From Acaryochloris marina S15 (GTDB taxonomy: Bacteria > Cyanobacteriota > Cyanobacteriia > Thermosynechococcales > Thermosynechococcaceae): a stretch of DNA of 32,000 bases. The DNA lies in NCBI RefSeq assembly GCF_018336915.1, contig NZ_CP064926.1, forward strand, positions 180,001 to 212,000. Reading direction: 5' to 3'. The translations under genes were made by a program, and so were the position numbers. Every line of letters begins with the position of its first letter. Position 1 is the first letter of the stretch. Below the pieces are notes generated by a model that saw only the letters and a program-made list of their open reading frames with translations, was not told the DNA's origin and ran no database searches. Below are positions 9,368 to 18,326 of the stretch, in pieces.

Positions 9368-11842
9368 ATGACCCATCAGCGCCTCCAACTAAAGATTCAA
9401 GGGGCTGTTCAAGGCGTAGGGTTTCGGCCATTTATCTTCCGTTTAGCAACCCACTGGAAATTAAGGGGTTGGGTTTCGAATGATGCCCAGGGGGTGGTGA
9501 TTGAAGTGGAAGGTTGCCCTGATCAGTTGAACCCGTTTCTAACTCAACTTCAAGCCAATCCCCCTGCTCTCGCTGAAATTGAGACCATCGAGCAAACGTA
9601 TATTCCACCTCTGGGTGAGGGAACCTTTACGATTCGTCCCAGCCAACAAGGCCCTAAATCCGCCTTCTTGCTGCCAGATGTCGCCACTTGTGCCGATTGC
9701 CTCCGTGAACTGTTCAACCCCTGTGATCGCAGATATCGCTACCCGTTTATCAACTGTACGCACTGTGGCCCGAGATATAGCATTATTCAAGCCTTACCCT
9801 ACGATCGCGGCAATACCGCAATGGCGAGCTTTCAAATGTGCCCCGATTGCTTATCCGAGTATCAGAATCCCTTATCTCGCCGATTTCATGCACAACCGAT
9901 TGCCTGTCCCACCTGTGGCCCTATCGTTGAAGTAGGGCATTGGCAGGGGGAACGCTGGGTTCGCAATCAGTTACCGGGACAGGGTGCTCAGTTAAGACAT
10001 GGGGAGAAGGCGGAAGCAGGAGAAGAACTGGAGCCAATCGGGTTAGCCGCTGCAGCTCTTCGTCAGGGGCAGATCGTCGCTGTGAAAGGAGTGGGGGGCT
10101 TCCATTTGTTGGTCGATGCTCGAAATCCAGAGGCGGTAAAGAGGCTAAGAACGCGCAAACAGCGACCCGATAAACCCTTTGCCTTGATGTATCCATCTTT
10201 GGAACGGGTCAGAAACATCTGTGAGGTGTCTGAACTGGAGGCGGAGTGGTTGCAATCTCCCAAGGCTCCCATCGTTTTACTCCAGCGAAGACACCTCTTT
10301 CAGGAGGACCGGCTTGCTGATGAAGTCGCCCCAGGTTGCTGCCGCCTGGGCATATTTTTACCCTACACCCCGATTCATCATCTGCTGATGGCTGCCCTCG
10401 ACTTCCCCCTTATTGCCACCAGCGGCAATCTCAATGGTGCACCCATCTGCTTCAATTCGGAACAAGCCCTGCATCACCTCAAATCTATCGCTGATCTTTT
10501 TCTGATCCATAATCGCCCTATTCTTCACCCTGTAGATGACTCAATTGTCCAAGTCATCAACAGGCAACCTCAACTCCGTCGCCGTGCCCGAGGATATGCT
10601 CCGCTTCCCATATGTATCACTCTTCCATCTCTGCCCTCCAGATCTAAACCCTCATCTCCAAAGCCACAATCTACCCGAAACTCAAAACTCCCCACTATCC
10701 TCGCGGTCGGCCCTCATCTGAAGAACACCATTGCCCTTTCCTTAGACGATCACGTTTTTATAAGTCAACACCTGGGCGATCTGGACACCGTGCCCTCCTT
10801 CGACCGTTTTCAGCAAACCCTACAGGCGTTACTTCAGCTCTACGAGTGCCAACCTAACCTGATCGCCTGTGATGCTCATCCAGATTATGCTTCCACCCAA
10901 GCTGCCCAAGCATTGGCTCAGCAATGGCAAGTCCCCTTACTATCAGTGCAACATCACTATGCTCATGTATTGGCCTGCATGGCAGAGCACCACTTAGAAG
11001 CACCTGTTCTGGGTATTGCTTGGGATGGAGCGGGTTACGGCTTGGATGGGACCGTCTGGGGAGGAGAATTCCTCCGAATCACGCCATCAGGATTTGAGCG
11101 GGTCGGCTACTGGCGTCCCTTTCTCTTACCCGGTGGTGACCTGGCCGCTCGTGAGCCCAGACGATCGGCGATGGGGCTGCTCTATACCTGCTTGGGTGCC
11201 CAAATCTTTGAGGGGGAAGGGTTAGCTCCCTTGAATGCTTTTTCCCCGCAGTCCGCAAAGGTATTGCAGGCAATGCTAGATCGGTCCCTCAATACCCCCC
11301 TGACTTCAAGTGTGGGGCGATTCTTTGATGCGATCGCATCCGTCACTAATCTGGTTCAAACCACTAGTTTTGAGGGTCAAGCAGCGATGACCTTAGAGTC
11401 AATCTTGGGCAAGGCTGAAACGGAAGACTATTATCCTTTCCTTATCTCCACGTCATCGCCCTTAGTGGTGGATTGGGAACCGATGCTGATGGCAATTCTG
11501 GCAGAGATTGACCAAGGAGTTGATACGAGCTGGATCTCAGCTAAGTTTCACAATACTTTGGTCGAAATTATTGTCCAGATTGCCCATCAAATCGGAGAGC
11601 CATGTATTGTGCTCACAGGAGGATGTTTTCAAAACCAATATTTGAGTAAAAGAGTCATCCACAAATTGCAGGAGAATCAGTTTCGACCCTACTGGCATCA
11701 ACAAGTGCCTACCAATGATGGGGGGATTGCCCTCGGACAAGTCATGGCCGCTCATCGCCACTATATTGGCCGCTTTCCCAAGGTCAATGAGACTTTTTAC
11801 AGACAACAGCCCTTTGTGGAGGCAGATTCACCATGTGCTTAG
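9368..11842 (+). CDS. hypF: Carbamoyltransferase HypF
   Basis: N-terminal acylphosphatase domain (IQGAVQGVGFRPFIFRLA), two zinc-finger pairs (CADC..CTHCGPRY, CPDC..CPTCGP), a YrdC-like segment (VKGVGGFHLLVDA) and a C-terminal Kae1-like domain (WDGAGYG..GGCFQN). Confidence 0.95.
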   Translation: MTHQRLQLKIQGAVQGVGFRPFIFRLATHWKLRGWVSNDAQGVVIEVEGCPDQLNPFLTQLQANPPALAEIETIEQTYIPPLGEGTFTIRPSQQGPKSAFLLPDVATCADCLRELFNPCDRRYRYPFINCTHCGPRYSIIQALPYDRGNTAMASFQMCPDCLSEYQNPLSRRFHAQPIACPTCGPIVEVGHWQGERWVRNQLPGQGAQLRHGEKAEAGEELEPIGLAAAALRQGQIVAVKGVGGFHLLVDARNPEAVKRLRTRKQRPDKPFALMYPSLERVRNICEVSELEAEWLQSPKAPIVLLQRRHLFQEDRLADEVAPGCCRLGIFLPYTPIHHLLMAALDFPLIATSGNLNGAPICFNSEQALHHLKSIADLFLIHNRPILHPVDDSIVQVINRQPQLRRRARGYAPLPICITLPSLPSRSKPSSPKPQSTRNSKLPTILAVGPHLKNTIALSLDDHVFISQHLGDLDTVPSFDRFQQTLQALLQLYECQPNLIACDAHPDYASTQAAQALAQQWQVPLLSVQHHYAHVLACMAEHHLEAPVLGIAWDGAGYGLDGTVWGGEFLRITPSGFERVGYWRPFLLPGGDLAAREPRRSAMGLLYTCLGAQIFEGEGLAPLNAFSPQSAKVLQAMLDRSLNTPLTSSVGRFFDAIASVTNLVQTTSFEGQAAMTLESILGKAETEDYYPFLISTSSPLVVDWEPMLMAILAEIDQGVDTSWISAKFHNTLVEIIVQIAHQIGEPCIVLTGGCFQNQYLSKRVIHKLQENQFRPYWHQQVPTNDGGIALGQVMAAHRHYIGRFPKVNETFYRQQPFVEADSPCA
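11330..11337. repeat. HIP1 octamer
   Basis: Exact GCGATCGC. Confidence 0.95.
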
Positions 11843-12063
11843 CTGTACCAGGCAAGATTGTTAGCATCTTGGATCATGATGACCCGCTGTTACGGACCGG
11901 AAAAGTTAGTTTTGGGGGCGTTCTGAAAGAAGTCAGTCTTGCCTATGTTCCAAATGCTGAGGTTGAGGACTATGTCATTGTCCATGTAGGGTTTGCATTG
12001 AACGTCATTGATGTTGAAGAAGCTGAGCGGACCTTACAGCTCTTGCATAATATCAACCCCTGA
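11833..12063 (+). CDS. hypC: Hydrogenase assembly chaperone HypC
   Basis: Canonical MCLAVPGKIV N-terminus with the essential Cys2. Length is 76 aa. It overlaps the hypF 3' end by 10 nt. Confidence 0.93.
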   Translation: MCLAVPGKIVSILDHDDPLLRTGKVSFGGVLKEVSLAYVPNAEVEDYVIVHVGFALNVIDVEEAERTLQLLHNINP

Positions 12064-12106
12064 GCCTGCCCGAGGGAAACGAGCTTTCACAAAAGTATTG
12101 ATACTC

Positions 12107-13591
12107 TCAACCTTTGACCTGAAATTCCCCCGTTGAGGTTCTCCACACCTCGCTCAGGACTCGGCCACTGTTTGCCGCTTTGCATTGGATATGAATTGGC
12201 ATCTGGCCTGCCGCATGGGTTGAGCAACTTAAACAAGGATCAAAGGCCCGAATGCCTGCTTCGACTCGATTGAGCATTGACTCAGGAATATCCGGTCCAT
12301 GGAGGTAGTGACGAGCAATCTGGGCAACGGTGCGGTTCATCGCCAGATTGTTTTGCCCCGTGGCGATGATCAGATTAACGGATTGGAGTAACCCCGTTTC
12401 ATCTACTTGATAGTGATGAAACAATGTCCCTCTCGGTGCTTCACTCACCCCAATCCCTTCTAGTTGATTGACATCTGCCTGGGCTCGCAAGGGGGACTTG
12501 CAGAGTTCTGGATCTTCTAATTTCTGCTCAATGCGCTCAATACAGGCCAAAATCTCAATTAAGCGGGCGTAATGGTAGAAGAAAGAAGATGTAACGGTCC
12601 CATTGCCCCGCTGTCGAAATTCTTGTAATTCTTGATCGGCTAAGGGAGTGCCCATGCGATCACAGACATTCAGTCGGGCTAAAGGTCCCACCCGATACAT
12701 GCCACTCTCCAAACGGCACAATCCTGGAGACTGATTAGGATAGCCCAAGGGTCGATAGTAGGGTGACTTTAGATAAGAATCAGCCTGAACCGCTTCGCCA
12801 ATAAAGGAATGGAATTGGCACGGATCAAGATGATCTGCAATGATATTTCCGACACTATCCACAAAGCGTAAACAGCCATGGTAATGTTCCCAGGTTCCCT
12901 CTGTATTGATTAACCCCATAAATAAGCTGGGGAAATTACCAAAAATTCGAGCCTCACTAGCATGTCTATCCAACAGGTCTTTAAACCGATTTAGGGTTGA
13001 AAGGGCCGTTGACCGTACCTCTGACAACCCAGCTCGGATTTGTTTACGTCCCTCGCCGGTTAGAGCCGATCGTACACCTCCAGGGACAGCCCAAGCCGGG
13101 TGAATTTTCTGCCCACCCAAATGCTGAATCACTTCCTGTCCAAACTGGCGTAGCCGGATACCGCTGCGGGCAAGTTCCGGCTCTGCGGCCATCAGGCCAA
13201 ACACATTCCGTTGGGCCGGATCACTCTCCCACCCCAACAGTAGATCGGGACTACTCAGATGAAAAAAACTCAAGGCATGGGACTGAATAATCTGACCTAA
13301 GTTCATTAAGCGGCGCAATTTCTCTGCCGCTAGAGGAATATGAACTGCAAGAATTTGGTCTCCGGCTTTCGCCGACGCTAGCAGGTGACTCACAGGGCAA
13401 ATCCCACAGATGCGCGGGGTAATTCCCGGCATCTCCCAAAATGGTCGGCCTTCGCAAAACTTCTCAAATCCCCGAAACTCCGTCACATGAAATCGAGCAT
13501 CTGTGACTTCACCCGCGTCATCCAAGTAAATCGAGATTTTGGCATGGCCTTCAATCCGAGTGACCGGATCAATGATGATTCTCTGAGGCAT
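12107..13591 (-). CDS. hoxH: Bidirectional [NiFe]-hydrogenase large subunit HoxH
   Basis: N-terminal RIEGH and [10 protein letters not shown] (CxxC Ni-Fe ligands). C-terminal DPCLSCSTH is followed by a 35-aa extension, the expected HoxW substrate. Confidence 0.95.
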   Translation of the reverse strand: MPQRIIIDPVTRIEGHAKISIYLDDAGEVTDARFHVTEFRGFEKFCEGRPFWEMPGITPRICGICPVSHLLASAKAGDQILAVHIPLAAEKLRRLMNLGQIIQSHALSFFHLSSPDLLLGWESDPAQRNVFGLMAAEPELARSGIRLRQFGQEVIQHLGGQKIHPAWAVPGGVRSALTGEGRKQIRAGLSEVRSTALSTLNRFKDLLDRHASEARIFGNFPSLFMGLINTEGTWEHYHGCLRFVDSVGNIIADHLDPCQFHSFIGEAVQADSYLKSPYYRPLGYPNQSPGLCRLESGMYRVGPLARLNVCDRMGTPLADQELQEFRQRGNGTVTSSFFYHYARLIEILACIERIEQKLEDPELCKSPLRAQADVNQLEGIGVSEAPRGTLFHHYQVDETGLLQSVNLIIATGQNNLAMNRTVAQIARHYLHGPDIPESMLNRVEAGIRAFDPCLSCSTHAAGQMPIHIQCKAANSGRVLSEVWRTSTGEFQVKG

Positions 13592-13629
13592 TATGAATTT
13601 TCTGTTTTTTTAGGTTACACATGAGTCAG

Positions 13630-14256
13630 CTAGCCACTACACCAGGCATCATACTCTCGATCTTTATAGGCTTCTGGGTACTCCTCACGAAACGCTTCAA
13701 AAGCAGTTTTTTCAAGCTTTTCGGCACGTTGATGAGCCGCTTCCGCTTGGACTGCATCAACGTCCTGCCAAGCTTGTTGACAGGCTTTAGAATCGGCTCC
13801 CTGTCGTTGACAGATAGCGTGAGCGTCAGCAATTAACTGTTGTGTTTTCTGAGCAAGCTCCACTTCTAAGGGGTTTTCCAAGAAGTCACTTTGATCCAGG
13901 ATGTCAGAGATTGAGAGAATGCCCAGCAGATTCCACTGGATAATGGGTGCGGCATGAATACCGCTGGTGGTCAATAATCGTGCGGCATATTCGACCCCGA
14001 GTTCCGGATTGAGCACCAAACAAGGTTTCGTCATAATTTCATAGACTCTCACCTGCCGTGGATCACGGCCAAAGGACGTTACTTTGGCAACGATATCGAA
14101 GGCTGTCACAATTCCGTAAGCATCTTGCTCATGGTTCCTATCAACAATGAGGGCATGAATCCCATGCCGTCGCATCAATCGGACGGCCTCAGCCACCTTC
14201 GCCGAATTCCGAATTTTGATGACTTCCGTAGTCATAATGTCTGCAACTTTCATCAT
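13630..14256 (-). CDS. CBS-domain pair fused to a CP12-like C-terminal domain (CBS-CP12, long form)
   Basis: Two CBS repeats (VADIMTTEV..HALIV; IMTKPCLV..AAPII). The tail AICQRQGADSKACQQAWQDVDAVQAEAAHQRAEK aligns almost residue-for-residue with the N-terminal Cys pair and AWD_VEEL core of CP12. The C-terminal CP12 Cys pair is absent (FREEYPEAYKDREYD). GGAGAA RBS upstream. Confidence 0.85.
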   Translation of the reverse strand: MMKVADIMTTEVIKIRNSAKVAEAVRLMRRHGIHALIVDRNHEQDAYGIVTAFDIVAKVTSFGRDPRQVRVYEIMTKPCLVLNPELGVEYAARLLTTSGIHAAPIIQWNLLGILSISDILDQSDFLENPLEVELAQKTQQLIADAHAICQRQGADSKACQQAWQDVDAVQAEAAHQRAEKLEKTAFEAFREEYPEAYKDREYDAWCSG

Positions 14257-14295
14257 TGTTGTTTCTCCAAGCGTTTATGCCAGTCCTATCCAAAC

Positions 14296-15723
14296 TCACC
14301 CCACTGGTGCCTCCTGAGCTTGCAAGCGGGGCTTAACCAACCGTGACTTTCCCCAATTCCAGAGGGCACCTAAGCCCAAGAGAACAATGACAATGCTCAT
14401 AATTCCGCCGATGAGGGGAATAGCGGTAATTAACATCAGAACCACTACCCCCATCAGGAATGGGATAAATCGGTTTGCTGTCTTATGCAGGTTGAATTGG
14501 CTGCTGAGCCAGCGTCCACCCAGATCGCTGATTAATACGGGAGCAATCAAACTCGCGAAGCTGCCAATACCGACCCATAGGGCCAGATTAGCCAAGGTTC
14601 CGACTCCCAGAACGGGCCAGGCTAGTCCTTGGAGGGTCAAGACAAGCACAATAAATGCAAGGATGGTCAGAACTGCGATCACAACACTCGCTACTCCCAC
14701 CAACACACTGGTCACAATGCCCCAACCCAACGTTCTCAAGGGTCGAGTCTGAATATTCTGAGTTAATCCTTCTGTCCACTTTGGAAATGCCCAAAGCAAG
14801 GCACATCCCACTAACCCAATCGTCAGCAAGCGTTGCAGTTGATCTAGCACGATATTCGTCGGCTTGGCTGGCGTCGGTTCCCATTCTGGAATCGGTTGAT
14901 GCGTGATTTTACCTGTCACTTGCGATCCATCATTTAGGGAGGCAGTAGTTGGTGATTTGTAGGTCAACCGACCTTTGACTTGGGCCGAATCTGTGAGGGT
15001 TAATCCTGCCGGCACATCAGGAATCTTAAGGCGAGGGCTAGGTCCGAATATAGGTTTCCAAGTCTGGTTGTCGCCGACGGTAACGGCCATATCTTGACCC
15101 ACTGTCCCCTCTAAGGTTAGTCCTCCCATACCCCCCACAACATCCTGATCAACCGTTCCTGCCAGTAGTGCCTGACCACTCGCAACTGTGAGAGTGCCAC
15201 CGATGGACGTTTGGGGTTGACTTTCCAGGCTCAGCCCTGCGGCGATCATGTCATCTTTCACCCGAGCCTGATTTTTGAGAAGCAGTGCCTCTCCTGCTAT
15301 CCGCACGTCGTCTTGAACCGTTCCGTTCACCACCACGGCTTGCCCTGCAGCGATTAAATCCCCTTCAACAGACCCATTGAGGGCAACCAAAGCGCCGGCC
15401 AGAATAGCATCACCTTTAACAGTGCCATCAATCGTTATTTCATCACCTGCTAAGTAAACATCCTTCTCAACGGTGCCCGATAGTTGAATGGTCTCTCCTG
15501 CTGCAAACAGATTATCTTTTAAGGTTCCGTCAACCGTTATACGGTCCCCAGTTGCATAATAGTTACCTTGAATGACCTCTGTAGCCTCCACGGTGATCTG
15601 ATCTTGCGTCACGAAATTGGGGGCTCCAACCGCAGAAACCGCTAATAGCAATGGGGCAATGACCAAGGCCATTAGAAACAACAGCACTTGTCTAAAATAT
15701 TGTCTCGATGGTTTAGTTTGCAT
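14296..15723 (-). CDS. Membrane protein with an N-terminal hydrophobic anchor or signal, about 9 bactofilin-like beta-helix repeats and a C-terminal polytopic domain
   Basis: Hydrophobic N-terminus (VLLFLMALVIAPLLLAVSAVGA). About 17-aa repeats of the form h-x-x-A-G-x-x-h-x-h-x-G-x-V-x-x-D (e.g. VYLAGDEITIDGTVKGD, AILAGALVALNGSVEGD, LIAAGQAVVVNGTVQDD). The last ~190 aa contain several long hydrophobic helices. Confidence 0.75.
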   Translation of the reverse strand: MQTKPSRQYFRQVLLFLMALVIAPLLLAVSAVGAPNFVTQDQITVEATEVIQGNYYATGDRITVDGTLKDNLFAAGETIQLSGTVEKDVYLAGDEITIDGTVKGDAILAGALVALNGSVEGDLIAAGQAVVVNGTVQDDVRIAGEALLLKNQARVKDDMIAAGLSLESQPQTSIGGTLTVASGQALLAGTVDQDVVGGMGGLTLEGTVGQDMAVTVGDNQTWKPIFGPSPRLKIPDVPAGLTLTDSAQVKGRLTYKSPTTASLNDGSQVTGKITHQPIPEWEPTPAKPTNIVLDQLQRLLTIGLVGCALLWAFPKWTEGLTQNIQTRPLRTLGWGIVTSVLVGVASVVIAVLTILAFIVLVLTLQGLAWPVLGVGTLANLALWVGIGSFASLIAPVLISDLGGRWLSSQFNLHKTANRFIPFLMGVVVLMLITAIPLIGGIMSIVIVLLGLGALWNWGKSRLVKPRLQAQEAPVG

Positions 15724-15769
15724 CTGAGGTACCTACACTGAAAGTGATAAAGTAGCCTGTTCTGAAGGG

Positions 15770-16315
15770 CTAAATAGCTCCGTTTAAGGCAGCTTGGTCT
15801 TCAAAAGCTTCAACCACATCCCAGGCCACAGAACATTCTTTTGAAATCTGGGTTTGCGGGTCACCACAAATAATCCGGGCATGTTTTAAGGCATTGTCGA
15901 TTTGCTGAGCAAGCCAATTGGCTTGATAGTTATGCTTCCCATCCGTTTTCATCACTAAGTCGGTCACGGATACAATGCCTAAAAGCTGCTGTTCATCAAT
16001 CACTGGTGCTCTCTGAATGCCTGATTCTGCAAGTAATTGAGCTAATTCTTCCACAGTGAGATCAGGATGGGCTGTAATACAAGGTTCGCGAACTAGCTTT
16101 TGAATGCCAATTTCATGGGGATTTTTGCCGACAGCCAAGACTTGGTAAACAATATCTCGCTCAGTGATGATACCGTAAGCAGTTTGTCCCTCAGGGTGTT
16201 CAACAATGAGGGAGCGGACTTTATGGTATTGCATCAGGGCAATGGCTTGTGCCACGGTTGCTGTATCCTGAATCGCAATCACCTCTTGGGTCATAATGTC
16301 TCTAACTTTAAGCAT
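15770..16315 (-). CDS. CBS-domain pair fused to a truncated CP12-like domain (CBS-CP12, short form)
   Basis: I prefer the ATG at 16315 (MLKVRDIMTQ) because AAGGAGAA lies upstream. Two CBS repeats are followed by ARIICGDPQTQISKECSVAWDVVEAFEDQAA, which is a CP12 N-terminal Cys pair plus an AWD_VE core. The protein ends shortly after that core. Confidence 0.8.
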   Translation of the reverse strand: MLKVRDIMTQEVIAIQDTATVAQAIALMQYHKVRSLIVEHPEGQTAYGIITERDIVYQVLAVGKNPHEIGIQKLVREPCITAHPDLTVEELAQLLAESGIQRAPVIDEQQLLGIVSVTDLVMKTDGKHNYQANWLAQQIDNALKHARIICGDPQTQISKECSVAWDVVEAFEDQAALNGAI

Positions 16316-16388
16316 CTTTGTTCTCCTTAATACGTCCACGATTGATAGGAACCGAGCAGAGGTCATTGACCATTGAATGAGATTGTGA

Positions 16389-16934
16389 TCACCCGAATTT
16401 AATTTGATCTCGGCCCTCGAGTTGAGGCTTCTTCCCCTGCAGTAGCGCTTCTAATACCAATTGGATTCGAGAAGGTGATGGCGGGCAACCCGGTAAAAAG
16501 AGATCAACGGGAACAACGGTATGCACGGGTTGAACCCGATCCAATAAAGGGGGAACAATCTCTTCCTCTGCAGGAATTTGGGGCACCAGATCTGCCATGT
16601 CGATGTAAGACCGCTCAAGAACCCTCTCCGCTGTACCCAAAACATTACGTAACGCTGTGACATTCCCAGTAACGGCACAGTCCCCAAAGGCAATCAGGTA
16701 TTGAGTGCAATCTCGGACTCGATGAATCATCTCCCAATGGTCTGTATTGGCTATTGCGCCTTCGACTAATGCCACATCTACTTCTTGTGGATACTGCTTG
16801 GCATCCATAAAGGGGCTGTAAACAAGATCTATCTGGTGGGCCAACTCAAATAGCCACTCGTCAAGGTCCAGAAAAGACATATGGCATCCTGAGCATCCTC
16901 CTAGCCAAACAGTCGCTAACTTCAGTTTTGCCAT
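16389..16934 (-). CDS. hoxY: Bidirectional [NiFe]-hydrogenase small subunit HoxY
   Basis: MAKLKLATVWLGGCSGCHMSFLD and GDCA..LPGCPP Fe-S ligand motifs. The ATG at 16934 is preceded by GGAGG. The longer track ORF (to 17012) adds a non-conserved leader. Confidence 0.93.
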   Translation of the reverse strand: MAKLKLATVWLGGCSGCHMSFLDLDEWLFELAHQIDLVYSPFMDAKQYPQEVDVALVEGAIANTDHWEMIHRVRDCTQYLIAFGDCAVTGNVTALRNVLGTAERVLERSYIDMADLVPQIPAEEEIVPPLLDRVQPVHTVVPVDLFLPGCPPSPSRIQLVLEALLQGKKPQLEGRDQIKFG

Positions 16935-17075
16935 TCTGCCTCCATACTTTAAAAATAGTTGTGCATGATGAGTGCTCACTTTTAAGTTCGACTGCATGTT
17001 CAAGAGATGCATTCAAACTCACGATTCCAACCTCAAAACTGATTTCCTTTCACTGTTTTGTTTGGTATTTCTCAC

Positions 17076-17795
17076 TCACTTTTGAATCCATTCCCGCCTC
17101 GTTCTAGCAGTAGCAATAAATTCAAGTTGGGTACGATCATGTTCCATCTCCCCAACAGTTGAACCACGACGAAAGATGGCTCCTGTTGGACAGGCATTGA
17201 CGCACTTTCCACAAGCGGTACAGCTCTCGGCTTCCCCCCAAGGCTGGTTTAAATCTGTAATCACTCGGGAAGTCCGACCTCGACCTGCCATATCCCAGGT
17301 ATGAGCCCCTTCAATCTCATCGCAAACTCGAATACAGCGAGTACATAAAACACAGCGATTATGATCAACGCCAAATTGAGGATGGGAAATATCAACGGAG
17401 CGATCTGGAAATTGATAGGTAAAACGCACATGATCAATCCCCATCTCAATGGCAAGATCTTGCAACTCGCAGTGGTGATTGGAAACGCACACTGAACAGA
17501 TATGATTCCCTTCCGCGAATAGCAGCTCCACGATCATGCGTCGATAGTGTTTAAGCCGTTCTGTTTGGGTTAGAACGATCATCCTCTCTGCCACTGGCGT
17601 GACGCAGGCGGCCAATAGCTTAGAATTTCCACTAACCTCTACTAGGCAAAGTCGGCAGGCTCCCCATAAGGAAACGCCCTGTAAGTTGCATAGCGTCGGA
17701 ATATGAATCCCTGAAGCTGTAGCGGCTTCAAGGATTGTTTCATCACCCCGTGCACTGATGAGTTGATCATCAATCTTGAGGGTCTTAACAGCCAT
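17076..17795 (-). CDS. hoxU: Hydrogenase diaphorase subunit HoxU (NuoG N-terminal-like Fe-S protein)
   Basis: N-terminal 2Fe-2S ferredoxin-like segment (CNLQGVSLWGACRLCLVEV), a His/Cys cluster (HICSVCVSNHHCELQ) and two 4Fe-4S motifs (CVLCTRCIRVC, CTACGKCVNACP). Confidence 0.93.
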   Translation of the reverse strand: MAVKTLKIDDQLISARGDETILEAATASGIHIPTLCNLQGVSLWGACRLCLVEVSGNSKLLAACVTPVAERMIVLTQTERLKHYRRMIVELLFAEGNHICSVCVSNHHCELQDLAIEMGIDHVRFTYQFPDRSVDISHPQFGVDHNRCVLCTRCIRVCDEIEGAHTWDMAGRGRTSRVITDLNQPWGEAESCTACGKCVNACPTGAIFRRGSTVGEMEHDRTQLEFIATARTRREWIQK

Positions 17796-17835
17796 AGCCC
17801 ATACCTGCTTTCTCCTTTTGCTGTGTACCCAGTCC

Positions 17836-18027
17836 TTACCAAGAATTCTCCTGGTTTAGATCTGGATCAGCTGGATCGCCTTCAAAGGGTTGGATTCCCA
17901 CCTCTGGATAGTCATCATGGGAAGGACTAAAGATACGGAGAATCGGTTGAGCAATATAGCTAAGGAAGCGTCGAACCGTTTTGCTTAAGGATCGTATGGA
18001 TAGAGATTTACCCTGGAGTGTTGCCAT
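17836..18027 (-). CDS. Small hypothetical ORF (63 aa) immediately upstream of hoxU
   Basis: ATG lies after a GAGGAC-like RBS and ends 40 nt before hoxU. It is the first ORF downstream of two copies of the TTTTCCTCA element. No family recognised, so it may not be translated. Confidence 0.3.
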   Translation of the reverse strand: MATLQGKSLSIRSLSKTVRRFLSYIAQPILRIFSPSHDDYPEVGIQPFEGDPADPDLNQENSW

Positions 18028-18050
18028 TATCGAATGTCCTCACAACTAAA

Positions 18051-18084
18051 CTATATAGAGAAAAATTTGAGGAAAAGATGTCAG
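18051..18084 (-). promoter_or_regulatory. Copy B of the recurrent TTTTCCTCA element
   Basis: The minus strand reads CTGACATCTTTTCCTCAAATTTTTCTCTATATAG. It lies 24-57 nt upstream of the small ORF start (18027) and ends in the palindromic, -10-like CTATATAG. Confidence 0.4.
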
Positions 18085-18122
18085 TTTTCATAGGATGTGA
18101 CATCTGACCTCTTAATTTGAGG

Positions 18123-18152
18123 CTATATAGACAATATGAGGAAAACGTGAGC
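18123..18152 (-). promoter_or_regulatory. Copy C of the recurrent TTTTCCTCA element
   Basis: The minus strand reads GCTCACGTTTTCCTCATATTGTCTATATAG. It is a direct repeat of copy B with the cores 69 bp apart, and it shares GCTCA..TTTTCCTCA..TCTATA with the copy at 22854..22885. Confidence 0.4.
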
Positions 18153-18326
18153 GGTATGCTGTCCAAGTTCGATAAAACAGAAACATTGCAAACCATTCCC
18201 CACAGCAGTTCGCAAGTATTGCTATATATTTCTCAATGCCCTATTTGAATCAACTGATTGGAGGGTTGCTTGACTTTAGCCTAATCAGGTTACTGTGCTG
18301 CTAGAAAACCGTGCACCGTAGGTTAC

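Noticed and set aside
16935-17012. N-terminal extension of the hoxY ORF (MHLLNMQSNLKV...). Similar long-start versions exist for the CBS-CP12 short form (to 16366), the tandem USP (to 22753), the single USP (from 23088) and the 5001..5618 ORF.
   Set aside because: In each case an internal ATG with a clear GGAGG-type RBS begins exactly where family conservation begins. The extensions are non-conserved.
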